The translations under genes and the position numbers were made by a program. This document shows positions 24,931 through 37,640 of a stretch of DNA of 64,000 nt, piece by piece. The number at the start of each line of letters is the position of its first letter. Position 1 is the stretch's first letter. The notes beneath the pieces were generated by a model that had not been told where the DNA came from, ran no database searches, and worked only from the letters and a program-made list of their open reading frames with translations. Source of the stretch: Octopus vulgaris (taxonomy: Eukaryota); the NCBI GenBank assembly GCA_951406725.2, contig OX597840.1, positions 11,842,001-11,906,000 on the forward strand, read 5' to 3'.

Positions 24931-25593
24931 TATAAACATGTACCTGTGTGTGTATTGTTGTGGTATAGAAACAGTGTCCCCAAATTGGGTTGAAAATGCT
25001 TTTTGGATAGGATGTGTTGAAGGATGCCCTTGGAACACAAACCCTCGTTTTCTTCAACTTTTTTCTATCCAAGAGTTTTTTAATTCAATATTCATATGCT
25101 AATTATAGCTTTATTTACTTCAAGAATCACCATTCCATAAAAGATATACAAGGGGGTGCTGAAAAGTTCCTGGCTTTGGTTAAAAGGAATTTTATTCAAT
25201 GAAAGGCATCCAGCCGTAGAAACACTGCCAGATTAGACTGGGCCTGGTGCAGCCTTCTGGCTTCCCAGACCCCAGTTGAACTGTCCAACCCATGCTAGCA
25301 TGGAAAGCGGACACTAAATGATGATGATGATGATGATATTCCCATCTCAGATTCACACACTTATTGCAGTGGTCCTTCAATTTTTCTAAGCCCTGTAAAA
25401 AAACTCGGAGGGTTAGACCTCCAACCAAACCCTTCGTGATACCCTTAAAGCCAGGAACTTCTCAGCCCCCCTGCCCTGTCATATAAACATGTACCTGTGT
25501 GTGTATTGTTGTGGTATAGAAACGTTAGGGGGTGGTGTTGCTGTACCGATCAGATTCTGCAGTAACACTTTACCTCACTGTGTTTTGTTGTAG

Positions 25594-25693
25594 GTATACA
25601 GAACCTGATTTTTTATTTGTAAGGTCGTGGCTACCCTGCGTCTTCTTCTCTGGTGGTGTAACAATGGGTAACATAGGCCGACAGCTGGCAATG
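25594..25693 (+). CDS. INSIG: Insig coding exon 4 (YTEPDFLFVRSWLPCVFFSGGVTMGNIGRQLAM)
   Basis: ttgtag acceptor at 25593, phase 2 compatible; motif PDFL.VRSWLPC.FF.GG.T.GNIGRQLAM; donor ATG|GTAAGT at 25694, phase 0. Confidence 0.97.
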
Positions 25694-26474
25694 GTAAGTA
25701 ACCGAATTCTTGTTTCCCCCTCAACCCGTTTTCCAACCTTTCCGTCCTCCCTGTCTCCGCAGTAGTCTGCAGCAGGTGCTGGAGGTAAACAGCACAGGTA
25801 ATAAGTCACCGCTATAGTTTAATCAACGTGTGTTCATCTTTTCATTTTCTTTTGAGTCTTAAACCTTTCGCTCTTGGCACAGCCCTCAGTTTTCATTTCT
25901 GCATCATCTTAGGGTCGCAAGCATTGCCTTGTCTAGACTCACCTTCTTTATCATCACCTTTAGCTCTCCTCGTTAAAATTCCTTCAGCATTCTTTGTTCT
26001 TGGAACCTATAGACTTCATGTGTTGCTTACATTCACAATAAAAATCACAATGCTATCCGTTTTCTTTGTAATCGGACACAATTACCTCGGCACATAAAAA
26101 GCACCATTTGGGCGTGGCCGTTCCCAGTTCCACCAAACTGGCCCTCGTGTCGGTGGCACGTAAAAGCCCCCACTACACTCTTGGAGTGGTTGGCATTAGG
26201 AAGGGTATCCAGCTGTAAAAACTCTGCCAGATCAGATTGGAGTTTGGTTCGCCAGACCTCAGTGAAATCGTCCAACCCATGCTAGCATGGAAAGCGGACG
26301 TTAAACGATGATGATGATGATGAATATTGAATCGGCAGAACTTCTAGACTGTCAGAAAAAAATGTCTGCTGTATATTATGAATTCTGTGGTCTTTTATCT
26401 CACCATAGGCAGCTTTTGGTCTTGATTCTTCTTTTTGGAGTCAAAGTAAAATACTGACAATGTTTTATCCCTTC

Positions 26475-26890
26475 CAGGGAGGATGAAATAAATTAGCAGT
26501 GAAATACTGGGGTAGATTTAATATTCCTATAAAACACCAGAGAGGTGACTGGAATTATATTAGAAGACTAAGTCTCTCATCCTTCAGTGGGGTTGATAAA
26601 AGAAACTAGTAGTGAAATACTGGGGTAGATTTAAGATTTCTATAAACCATCCTAGATGTGTATGGAATTATAATAGAAGACAAATGCTAACTTTGTCATT
26701 TCTTTTGGGGTTGATAAAATAAATTAGCAGTGAAATACTGGGGTAGATTTAAGATTTTATAAACCATCCTAGAAGTGAATGGAATTATAATAGAAGACTA
26801 ACACTAACTTTATCTAAGACTAACGCTAACATTTGGGGTTGATAAAATAAATTAGCAGTGAAATACTGGGGTAGATTTAATATTCCTATA
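26475..26890. repeat. Irregular ~95-120 bp tandem array derived from a diverged SINE B core
   Basis: ggggttgataaaataaattagcagtgaaatactggggtagatttaa repeated 4 times. Confidence 0.8.
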
Positions 26891-26893
26891 AAA

Positions 26894-27143
26894 CAGTGGT
26901 TCCCAAAATGGCAGTATTGCCTTCCTGGGGGTGGTGGAAAGTTCTAAGGGTTAGGGTTGAAGAAGGGGCGATAATTCGGTAGCTAATGGGTTCATTTGGT
27001 TGAGTTTTATTTGTGAAATACAGTTGTTTTGAATTTGCTTCAGAAAGGGGACTATGTTTGTGATGGTTAGTTGGGGGTGAGGGCACTAGGAATGTGGCCC
27101 GGGTGTCGAGGGTGGCAGCCTGAAAAAAATTTGGGAACCACTG
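26894..27143. mobile_element. hAT (Charlie-like) MITE
   Basis: TIRs cagtggttcccaaa / tttgggaaccactg; 8-bp flanks ctataaaa / ttttaaaa. Confidence 0.8.
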
Positions 27144-28280
27144 TTTTAAAACATGCTAGATGTGAATGGAATTATGATAGAAGACTAAAACGAAGAACTC
27201 TTGTTGGTACCTCATTATTAGACTTCTCTTTCTTAAATTATTTTCTTTCTTCATCATTAGATTAATGTCTCTTATTAATTATCTCTACTCCATCACTTTA
27301 TAAAAATTAATATTTTCCGTGATTTTTTTGTTTTTTCGCTTTCATAAATTTTATATGTATAAACACCAACCGATCATGGCTGTTTGCCAGCCTCCTCTGG
27401 CACCTGTGCCAGTGGCATGTAAAAAGCACCCACTACACTTACGGAGTGGTTGGCAATAGGAAGGGCATCCAGCTGTAGAAACACTGCCAAATCAGACTAG
27501 AGCCTGGTGCAGCCTCCATGGCTTACCAGACCCCGGTCGAACCGTCCAACCCATGCTAGCACAGAAAACGTGTTTAACCCTTTAGCATTTAAACTGACCA
27601 TATCCGGCCAAAAGTATTCTGCCTGTTTTATGTTCAAACTGGCCAGATCTGGTCTCTCACACCAACCCTACAATATCATTTAAAAAATTAACAGCTAACT
27701 AGGCACAGGAGTGGCTGTGTGGTAAGTAGCTTGCTAACCAACCACATGGTTCCGGTTTCAGTCCCACTGCATGGCATCTTGGGCAAGTGCCTTCTGCTAT
27801 AGCCCCGGGCCGACCAATGCCTTGTGAGTGGATTTGGTAGACGGAAACTGAAAGAAGCCTGTCATATATATGTATGTGTGTGTTTGTGTGTCTGTGTTTG
27901 TCCCCCTAGTGTTGCTTGACAACCGATGCTGGTGTGTTAACGTTCCCGTTACTTAGCGGTTCGGCAAAAGAGACTGATAGAATAAGTACTGGGCTTACAA
28001 AATAATAAGTCCCGGGGTTGATTTGCTCGACTAAAGGCGGTGCTCCAGCATGGCCACAGTCAAATGACTGAAACAAGTAAAAGAGTAAAGAGTAAGAATA
28101 CCTCGTCAAAATCTCATAACTACAAGATAATGCATGATTAGTTCAAGACAATCCTTAAAATCCTTTAGCTCGAAGGCTGCGGCCATGCTGGGGCATGTGG
28201 ATAAAAAAGGATTAATTTTGGCAGAGTAATGTGAACACCAAAGGGTTAATGATTTTTCTATTCTTTTTTATCTTTTCTAG

Positions 28281-28319
28281 TATGACCGCAAAGAAGACAC
28301 AAAACAGAAAGATGAGTGA
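28281..28319 (+). CDS. INSIG: Insig terminal coding exon (YDRKEDTKQKDE*)
   Basis: Strong acceptor ttctttttatcttttctag ending 28280; phase 0; length and character match the INSIG2 tail YECKVIAEKSHQE; total CDS 606 nt = 201 aa + stop. Confidence 0.85.
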   Translation, partial: YDRKEDTKQKDE

Positions 28320-29234
28320 ATGCCGAGGTGACCATAGACAGCCAGACAAGAATTGGACGGGGGAAAGAAAAAAAAAAGAAGAAAAAGAAAAAGAATGACA
28401 ACCACAGAATAATGTGATATATTTTTTTGGAAAAAAATAAAATTTTTTTTTTTTTTCTTTTTCACTCACTCTCTCACGGAGACTGCTCGGTCTGTGTCCG
28501 ACAGGAAGATTAAATGGACAAAATGGACAAAAAAACCCTGTCGACTGCGAACACTGACCTTCAGTCTACACAATGTAAGGTCAGGAGGTCACTTTCTGAC
28601 CTTATGTGGAAAACCTGAAGAATACAACACAACCCAAAATACAAAGACTTGAAGAAAAATAACTTGCAAATTCTCTTCTCTAGCTTTCCTTGATTCCACA
28701 CACAAACATATTTCCATATATATATAGATCATACATGCATATACATACATATATATATATCAAGATTGAAGCCTGGTGCAGCCATCTGGTTCGCCAGCCC
28801 TCAGTCATTCGTCCAACCCATGCTAGCATGGAAAGCGAATGTTGTGTGTGTATGTATGTATGTATATATCATACATATAGTATGTATGTATATATATATG
28901 TATATATAGATCATACATGCATATATATATACATATATATATATATCAAGATAGAAGCCTGGTGCAGCCATCTGGTTTGCCAGCCCTCAGTCATTCGTCC
29001 AACCCATGCTAGCATGGAAAGCGAATGTTGTTGTGTGTGTATGTATGTATGTATATATATCATACATATAGTATGTATGTATGTATATATATATGTATAT
29101 ATAGATCATACATGCATATATATACATATATATATATATCAAGATAGAAGCCTGGTGCAGCCATCTGGTTTGCCAGCCCTCAGTCATTCGTCCAACCCAT
29201 GCTAGCATGGAAAGCGGATGTTAAACGATGATGA

Positions 29235-29278
<44 letters not shown>

Positions 29279-32200
29279 ATATACGTATGTATGTATGTAT
29301 ACGTCATACATATAGTATGTGTTATATATTATACATGTACACACAAACATATATATATGTATGTATATGTTATATGTATAGTATGTGTTATATATTATAC
29401 ATGCACACACATGTATGTATGTATATATATATATATATGTATATCTCATACGTATAGTCTGTGTTTATAGTATGTGTTGTATATTATACATGCACACACA
29501 AACACACATGTATGTATGTATATATATATATATATATATGTATATCTCATACGTATAGTCTGTGTTATATAGTATGTGTTGTGTATTATACATGCATATA
29601 AAGACATATATATATGTATGTATATATATGTCATTTATAGTATGTGTTATATATTATACGTGCTCACACACAAACACATATATTGTAAATAATGTTTTGA
29701 TGGTGGCACCATCATCAGGGCCTTGGTTGTGAGGCGAAATCTGGACTGCAGAAAGGATGTGTACATGCGTGTTTGTGTGTATGTATGTGTATATATGTTG
29801 GTATGTGTATGCATGGGTAATGAAGTTGTGTGTTTCGGTTTTCCCATGATGGTGGATGCTGGGCAGGAAAGATTTTGGTACTTTGGGATATCAGGATCAG
29901 GGCATCATTTTTGTTGTTGTTGTTATTATTATTATTATTGTTATTAATATCAATCTCAGTTGGTTAGGTCATTGTGCTGATAACACTAACGTTGTGGGTT
30001 CAATCCTGATGCTGGCCGATCAGATTTATTGTTGAGGGGCTGACTAGCAGAATCTTTAGAGCGTTGGACAAAGTTGCTTAGCAACATTTGTTCCCGCTCT
30101 TTGGGTTCTGAGTTCAAATTCCGCCGAGGTCAACTTTGCCTTTGATCCTTTCGCAGGGGTCGATAACATAAAGAACCAGTTGAACGCTGGGGTTGGTCAT
30201 ACCAACTTTTTCCCTTCTCCTTAAATTTACTGGCCTTGTGCCGAAATTTTTTTTTTTCCTTTTTTTTTTTGCAATGGATGAGAAAATAAAAATAACCAAG
30301 GGTTGAAACCGGTGTGGGAAGACTGAATACGTGTGTGTGTGCCTGTGTGTGTTTGTACATAGTTAAGCATCTAAGCAGAAAGCGAAGCGGAGAATTTCTT
30401 GGTTCTGCGACTGCTGTGACCAGTGCCTCGCATATTACTGTTCTACAAGAGAAAGTGGCAGCCGCAGAGGTGACGGTGACGGTGGCTATGGTGGTGGTGG
30501 TGGTGGTGGTGATCTGATATTTGCAGACCTTTTAAAACGTGTTGAACTAAATTCATTTGACCATGTCAGGCGATTCTTGTTTTGTCTTTAAAAACCATAC
30601 CAAAAGGAGAAAAAAGAAATAATATATTATTATTATTATTATAAACAAAGGAAAAACTATATGACAATGCTATACTGCTGAAAACTCTTAGGTTTAATTT
30701 ATCATTTGTTTTCTTTTGCTTTTTGTGTTTTTTTCTTTTTTTTCCTTCCTTTCATCCACCTCCTCTCCTCTCCCACACCTTTCAACAACTAAGAATTTAA
30801 AAAGTTTAAATTTCAGGGCCTAACCCCCCACCATTATATTCCAATCCATATATATTTATTATTATACTCTATTTCTAGGTAAGAAGGTTACCAATGGTTT
30901 CATGTTAACACATTCTTTACAGTTGTTAAAACATAGAACATTTGAAAATTTGAAACCGTTTTCAAAGCTTTATTTTAGAGCTAAGAGTTGACCGAATTGT
31001 GAGAACAGCAGAAGGAAAATACTTCATGATGTCTCTCCCAGTTCTTAGTGTATTTAAATTACATAATTAAGATTTTGTTCCTGAGATATCCAAGATGGTA
31101 ATTCCATTTGTCTGAAGGTAAATTCGGTAAAATTTCCATATCGACAAGATGGCATTCTGTTCAGATGGGGTTGTCTTACAACAGATGACTCCCACATCTT
31201 TTTGTCTTTGGGACTGCAGACAGGTGTGGCTTCATATGGCACCACAACACGGTACATTCCATAAGACTTGTCCCTTGCAGGATACCGATTCTTGGTGGGC
31301 CTAGTAAATGTAAGAGAATTTTCTAGGAATATGAAGATATGCAAGTGTGCATATAAATACATGTATATATATATATGTATGTATGTATATATATGTATGT
31401 ATGTATATATATGTATGTATGTATATATATGTATGTATGTATATATATATATGTCTGTATGTATGTATGTATGTATATATATATATGTCTGTATGTATGT
31501 ATATATGTATATATATATGTATATATATATGTATGTATACGTATGTATGTATGTATGTATATATATGTATGTATATGTGTGTGTGTGTATGTATGTATAA
31601 ATGTATATGTGTATATATATATATATATGTATGTGTATACACACACTTGTCAAACGTTAAGTATATTTCCCAGAGACACAGTTCAGTGTCACTTCACCTT
31701 GAGGTTCTTCCTACTCAGCACCAGGTGCCAGCTTGTTTATCTCTAGAGAAAGAAAATGTTGCTATCCTCCCTAAGGACCCTATAATTATTGTAAACCCTT
31801 TCTGGACCCTGAATTTTATACAATATCCATCCTTCCTTCCTTCCATCCATCTATCTTGTCTTTTTTTTTTTTTTTTTTTTTTCTGTCTAGTGACCAATGT
31901 TAGGTTTAAGAAACACTATATCCAAAAGTTATCAGTTAATCTGCTTTTTAGAAGAGATTAAAGGCTTGCGGAAACAGTTTGCTTGGACAAATACTGTCAG
32001 TTGAATGCTCCTCCACATACCAATGCCAAAAGGTTTTAGGGGTTGTCATGAGCGAACGTGCTCTGTTTTGGAGCCTTCCTTCTTGGTGGTTTTCCAGCAC
32101 CCTAGCCCCACACACTGATATGAAGACCTCCCTACCTATTAAAAAAAAAAAATAATAAATGCGCCCTTTTTTAAAGCCTAGCCAGGCTCATGGGCCTAGT

Positions 32201-32881
32201 TTCCCGGTTTCGATGGCGTATGTGTTCCCAAGCAGGACGGGATGTCAGTCCATCGCAGCGTGACTCATTTTTGCCAGCTGAGTGGACTGGAGCTGCGTGA
32301 AATGAAGTGTTTTGCTCAAGAACACAACGCGTCGCCCGGTCCAGGAATCAAAACCACAATCTTACGATCATGATGCTGACACCCTAACCACCAAGCCACG
32401 ACGCACCTCCACTCTCTACCTATTGGCTTGACTAATTAGTATTCGACCGTAAGCCTTTCTTCTCAGAATCATCAGTACCAATCAAATAATTATTAACGAA
32501 GGTTATTAATATTTGTAATGGAAAGTTTAGACTTGAATGCAAACATTTTATAAATAATTGTTTTTAAAACAAAACAAGATATGGTGGTCTCGGTTACCTT
32601 GGTTTAAAAGGGACTGAGACCTGTGAACTGGTCAGCAGTGTCCCGTAGGCGCCATCTTACCTTCTCACCAAAGTCGAGCCTGGTCAATTGTTGTTTAGTC
32701 AACAGAATCTTTATTTTTCTTCTTTTCTTGGTGAATATTTTATACTATGTATAAAATAAATTTTTTTAAATACAAAAATTTCTATTTATAAATTTTCTGG
32801 GAGAAGCAATTTAAATATTTTTCTCTCTCTCTATCTCTTGTACATTGGATTTCAAATACTGTAAAAAAAAAAAATTATAAT

Positions 32882-32940
32882 AATAAAAAATTTAAAATAA
32901 AATTTGTATATAATTCATGATTCCCCGAGTTTGTTGTAAT
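32882..32940 (+). terminator. Candidate distal polyadenylation signal of Insig (would imply a ~4.6 kb 3'UTR)
   Basis: AATAAA at 32882 and 32896, TGTA elements upstream, GT-rich gtttgttgt downstream, at the end of a mostly non-TE AT-rich stretch. Earlier AATAAA sites also exist (e.g. ~28436). Confidence 0.3.
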
Positions 32941-34479
32941 TAATTAATTTTTTTTCTGAAAGTGACTTAACATTTAATCAAGCCATAGTATTCTTGTCTG
33001 TATGTTCAAACCAGCTGCAATTAGCTTCTCACACCTACCCTACAATGTCATTCTAAAAATAAACAATCTATTCTAAAAATAAACGTAGGCGCAGGAGTGG
33101 CTGTGTGGTAAGTAGCTTGCTTACCAACCACATGGTTCCGGGTTCACTCCCACTGCGTGGCACCTTGGGCAAGTGTCTTCTACTATAGCCTCAGGCCTTT
33201 TGTAAAAGACATGCCCATGATGCTGTGCAGTGGGACAACTTGAAACCACCATGGGTACAAATCTCAATCATGCAGCCATATGACTATTTAAGAACATTAT
33301 TTTGTGTGGTACCAAAAGAGAAATGACATCACTGACTTTTGAAATGAAAGGTTCAGACGTAGCCATATGGTTAAGAAATTGTGTTTAGAACTGCATGGTT
33401 CAGAGTTCGTTCTCATAGCATGGCACTGTTGGTTGGTGTCTTCTACCATGGCTGTGGTCTTACCAATACCTTGGGAGTAAATTGATTGATAGTAACTACC
33501 ATAGATGCAAGCATGACTGATTATCGAATTTGGTCACCATCAAAGTATTTCAGAAATGGTCTGTCTCTAGTACTTTGAACAAGCGTATACTACAGTCCTA
33601 GCTTTGACCAAAACTGAAGGAAACCTTACACATACACTTGCATCATCATTTAATGTCTGTTTCGCATGCTTGAACCGGGCTCCGATGTCTGCTTTGGCGT
33701 GGTTTCTATGGTTAGATACGTTTCCTAACACCTGTTTCTGTGCTACTCTGTTTAACACCAATTCACACAAAAATTCCATGTGAACTGGCAATAAAAACTG
33801 ATACAAAAGCAATTGCAACATATCATTAAGGATATGATAAACTCTTTGTCTTCTTATTTGAATCATATTTTATTCTTCCCTAAATTGGTTTTACTGATGT
33901 GACACCCAGATGTCCCATACTAGAATTTTTGCAGATAGTCTCTAGCTCAGGATGAGTGCTGCATTGGTAATACTCCATTCTTCTACCTTTCCAGGACCTT
34001 AATATATTGGGCCTCATGGAGGCAATGACCAAGACCTTCGGCATTATGTTGTACTTGAGAAGAAGACCCATCAAGCTGAGCAAAATCATTGTCGTAGCAG
34101 ATGCAAGTGTCATGCGAATTGGTACCTGTGCCAGTGGCATGAAAATGCATCTTTTCTTTCCTTTCCTGAACGTCCAACAACACAGTACTTGTACCATGTC
34201 TTCACGTTGTTTTTACATGCTTGTTCATGTTTGGATTGACTATATATAAGTCAATATATATATATATGCAATGGGCTTCTTTCAGTTTCCGTCTACCAAA
34301 TCCACTCACAAGGCTTTGGTCGGCCCGAGGCTATAGTAGAAGACACTTGCCCAAGGTGCCATGCAGTGGGACTGAACCTGGAACTATGTGGTTGGGAAGC
34401 AAGCTTCTTACCACACAGCCACATATAAATAATACAAAAGAAAGATAAAGAAAAAAAACAAAATAGGGAGACGGAAAGA

Positions 34480-34945
34480 AAAAAAAAACATCAACGCTGC
34501 TCCAGGTGCTTCTTTTGGTCTCACACCACAAGGTTCAACGGAACCTTTTGAAACAAGCCAGCACGCTCATGGCATTACCATGGGCGATGGCGAGGCTGAG
34601 GCGTTGGAAAAGTCAAGCGCCCTCACGGGCATCGCCAGAAACCTCGGTGAAGCGAGCTGCCAACGATAACAATTTCACCATTAATGGCCCAGGCCTTCCT
34701 AAACGTCTCAAATGCCACAGGTTGGAAAAGATAGTTCACTGCCAGGTCCCGATACTTCAGAATTTTGTTCTGTTTGGCTACGGAAGCAGTGACCCTCCCA
34801 TCTACCACAAGATCCAGGATGTGGGAGGGAGAAAAAGAGTCACAGACCATGGTGTTCCTGATGAGGCACCTACCTCTTACTAAGGGACAGAGGGCAAGGC
34901 CATTTGGTCTCTTCCCTTCACTTCTGGATAATCCCACCATTGGGG
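34480..34945 (-). mobile_element. 3' fragment of a CRE-clade non-LTR retrotransposon (restriction-like endonuclease domain), degenerate
   Basis: Minus translation GLSRSEGKRPNGLALCPLVRGRCLIRNTMVCDSF...KILKYRDLAVNYLFQPVAFETF, then after a frameshift SGDAREGA*LFQRLSLAIAHGNAMSVL; matches CRE motifs RPDG..W..G..L.WD.T, K..KY, F.P.A.ET.G and QRLS.AI.RGNA. Confidence 0.85.
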
Positions 34946-36089
34946 AACTATCTGTCTGTCTATCTATTTATCTATCTATCTAGCAAAATAGCTTTCTGTC
35001 TGTCTACCTATCTATCTATCTATTCATCCATATATCTGTCTGTCTATCTATCTATCTATCTGTGTCTATCTCTCTATCTATCTATCTATCTATCTGTGTC
35101 TATTTATCTATCTTCCCTCTTTACTCTTTACATCATGACATTTCTGTGATACACGATCTCTATTGATGGGTTTTTTTTTTACGATCCCTTTTGATCGAAA
35201 ACCTACCCCCCACCTTTTTTTCTCCCCCAAAAGAAAAGCTCTACTTTGTAATTTGTTCCCTCTGTGTTCAGCCCTGTGTGGCTAATAAAGAAACATCTAT
35301 CTGTCTGTCTGTCTATCTCTGTTGATCGATCTGTCTGCCTGTCTGTTACTGTGTGTGTGAGATGGAAGAAAGAGAAAGAAAGAGAGAGAGAGAAGAAAAG
35401 ATTATATATAGTGCACGTTAGTATTTTTGCATCACAATTGGTGCAATGACCCTCTCAATACGTAACAGGATATATATATACATACATCATATATATATAT
35501 ACGCACACATACATTGTTACGCAATATATAAACAAACATTTCTGTAAACATTGGCCGAAGGAGTGTATAAAGTAATGCATGTATTTGTATAAGTGCGATG
35601 TGTAAAATATGCATTCATAGAACACGAGGTGCGTATGTCCCATAAAATGACCTGAATTTAGGCGGATATTATTAAAAGGTTGGCTGTCGAGTTCCTGTCT
35701 CATCGACATATTTACATGTGGGTGGTTGTGGGATATGCTAGAAATAGCAGCCAAAATATCCCTCTAATCACAGCTTGCTATCTGAAAGACTTCCGCTCGT
35801 TCCTACCCCACAAATCACCCTTCTTTTCAATTTTGGGATCTTTTCTTTTTGATGGACGGAATTTTCTAGTTAACTAAAAAAAATTTGAAACTTCGTATAC
35901 TGGTAGAATGTGTCAAAAGAAAACATTATTGTAAACAAATTTGTAATTTGTAAGTTTAACGTAGTTTAATTCTTCGAATTTTAACCAATGAAATCCCAGC
36001 ATCTTTAGAAAATTCCGTTCATCAAAAAGAAAAGATCCCAATTTTTTTTTTCGACACAAGTTCCCCTTTTCGGCTACGGGGAATACGAA

Positions 36090-36380
36090 CCTGCAAAAAA
36101 AATTGGCAAAAATCGGTATTTTTAAATTACCACCCCACCCCTATTCCCTTCATTTAAAAACATTTTTTCCGAATTTTTTTTTAATCAAATTATGCAGAAA
36201 AATACGGAGATTATGATTCGGACAAAAATTTCAAAATATTTCTGTAATTACGGTTAGGGTTAGGGTTTTAGGGTTTCAGGGTTAGGGTTAGTGTTGGGGG
36301 AAAAAAGTCAAAATTGAAGAATTTATAGGGTGGGGGAAGGGGAGAAATTCACAATGCCGATTTTTGGCAAAAAAAAAAAA
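36090..36380. mobile_element. Fold-back element with central interstitial (TTAGGG)n-like run (~36253-36291)
   Basis: Arms aaattggcaaaaatcggtatt...caccccacccctat and atagggtggggg...aatgccgattttggcaaa are inverted around degenerate TTAGGG repeats. Confidence 0.65.
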
Positions 36381-37640
36381 TTCTTTTTAATAAACAGGAA
36401 TAGCTGTGTGGTATGTAGCTTGCTTACCAACCACATGGTTCCGGGTTCAATCCCACTGCGTGGCACCTTGGGAAAGTGTCTTCTACTATAGCCTCGGGCC
36501 GACCAAAGCCTTGTGAGTGGATTTGGTAGACAGAAACTGAAAGAAGCCCGTCGTATATATGTATATATATATGTGTGTTTGTGTTTGTCCCCCTAGCATT
36601 GCTTGTGTGTTCATGTCCCCGTGACTTAGCGGTTCGGCAGAAGAGACCGATAGAATAAGTACTGGGCTTACAAAGAATAAGTCCCGGGGTTGATTTGCTC
36701 GACTAAAGGCGGTGCTCCAGCATGGCCGCAGTCAAATGACTGAAACAAGTAAAAGAGTATATTTGTGGTGGGGAGGGTGAAGGGGCGTTAGGAATGTGGC
36801 CTGGGTTGGGTGCCAAGGTTACGGCAGTTTAGGAACCTCTGCTATAAAACATATAGGGGTCGATAAAGTAAAGTAACAGCGAAATACAAGGGTAGGTATA
36901 ATATTCTTATAAATCAAAGGTTCTGAACCCATTTTGGTCAAAGGCCCTCTTTTGACCCTTGGAGTCACAAATGCTGCCCCCCGCCGAAAATATTTCTATT
37001 TTCCAGTATACTACTTATTTTGAATAGAAATATTAAATTTCTAAATATCTCAGAGAGGTATAAGCAGTGGTGGAACGAGTTCTGAGTTCTGAGGTCGACT
37101 TTGCCTTTCATCCTTTCAGGGTCGATAAATTAAGTACCAGTTACGCACTGGGGTCGATATATTCGACTTAATCCGTTTGTCTGTACTTGTTTGTTCCCTC
37201 TGTGTTTAGCCCCTTGTGGGTAGTAAAGAAATGGGTATTTCGTCTGTCTTTACATCCTGAGTTCGAATTCCACCAAGGTCGACTTTGCCTTTCATCCTTT
37301 CAGGGTCAATAAATTAAGTACCAGTTACGCACTGGGGTCGATATAATCGACTTAATACCCATGGCTGTCCTTGTTTGTCCCCTCTGTGTTTAGCCCCTTG
37401 TGGGTAGTAAAGAAATAGGAAATAGCTATTTCGTCTGTCTTTACATTCTGAGTTCGAATTCCGCCGAGGTCGACTTTGCCTTTCATCCTTTCGGGGTCGA
37501 TAAATTAAGAATTACGTATCAATTGCGCACTGGGGTCGATCTAATCGACTGGCCTCACCCTCCCCTAAAATTTCGGACCTTGTGCCTAGAGTAGAAAAGA
37601 ATATTCCTATAAACAATTCTGGATATGAATGGAATTATAT

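Noticed and set aside
33880-34197. 105-aa minus-strand ORF followed by AATAAA
   Set aside because: The upstream part is degenerate SINE C-like sequence; no acceptor or homology.
36253-36291. TTAGGG run as a telomere or chromosome-fusion scar
   Set aside because: Short, degenerate, single orientation and internal to a TIR element.
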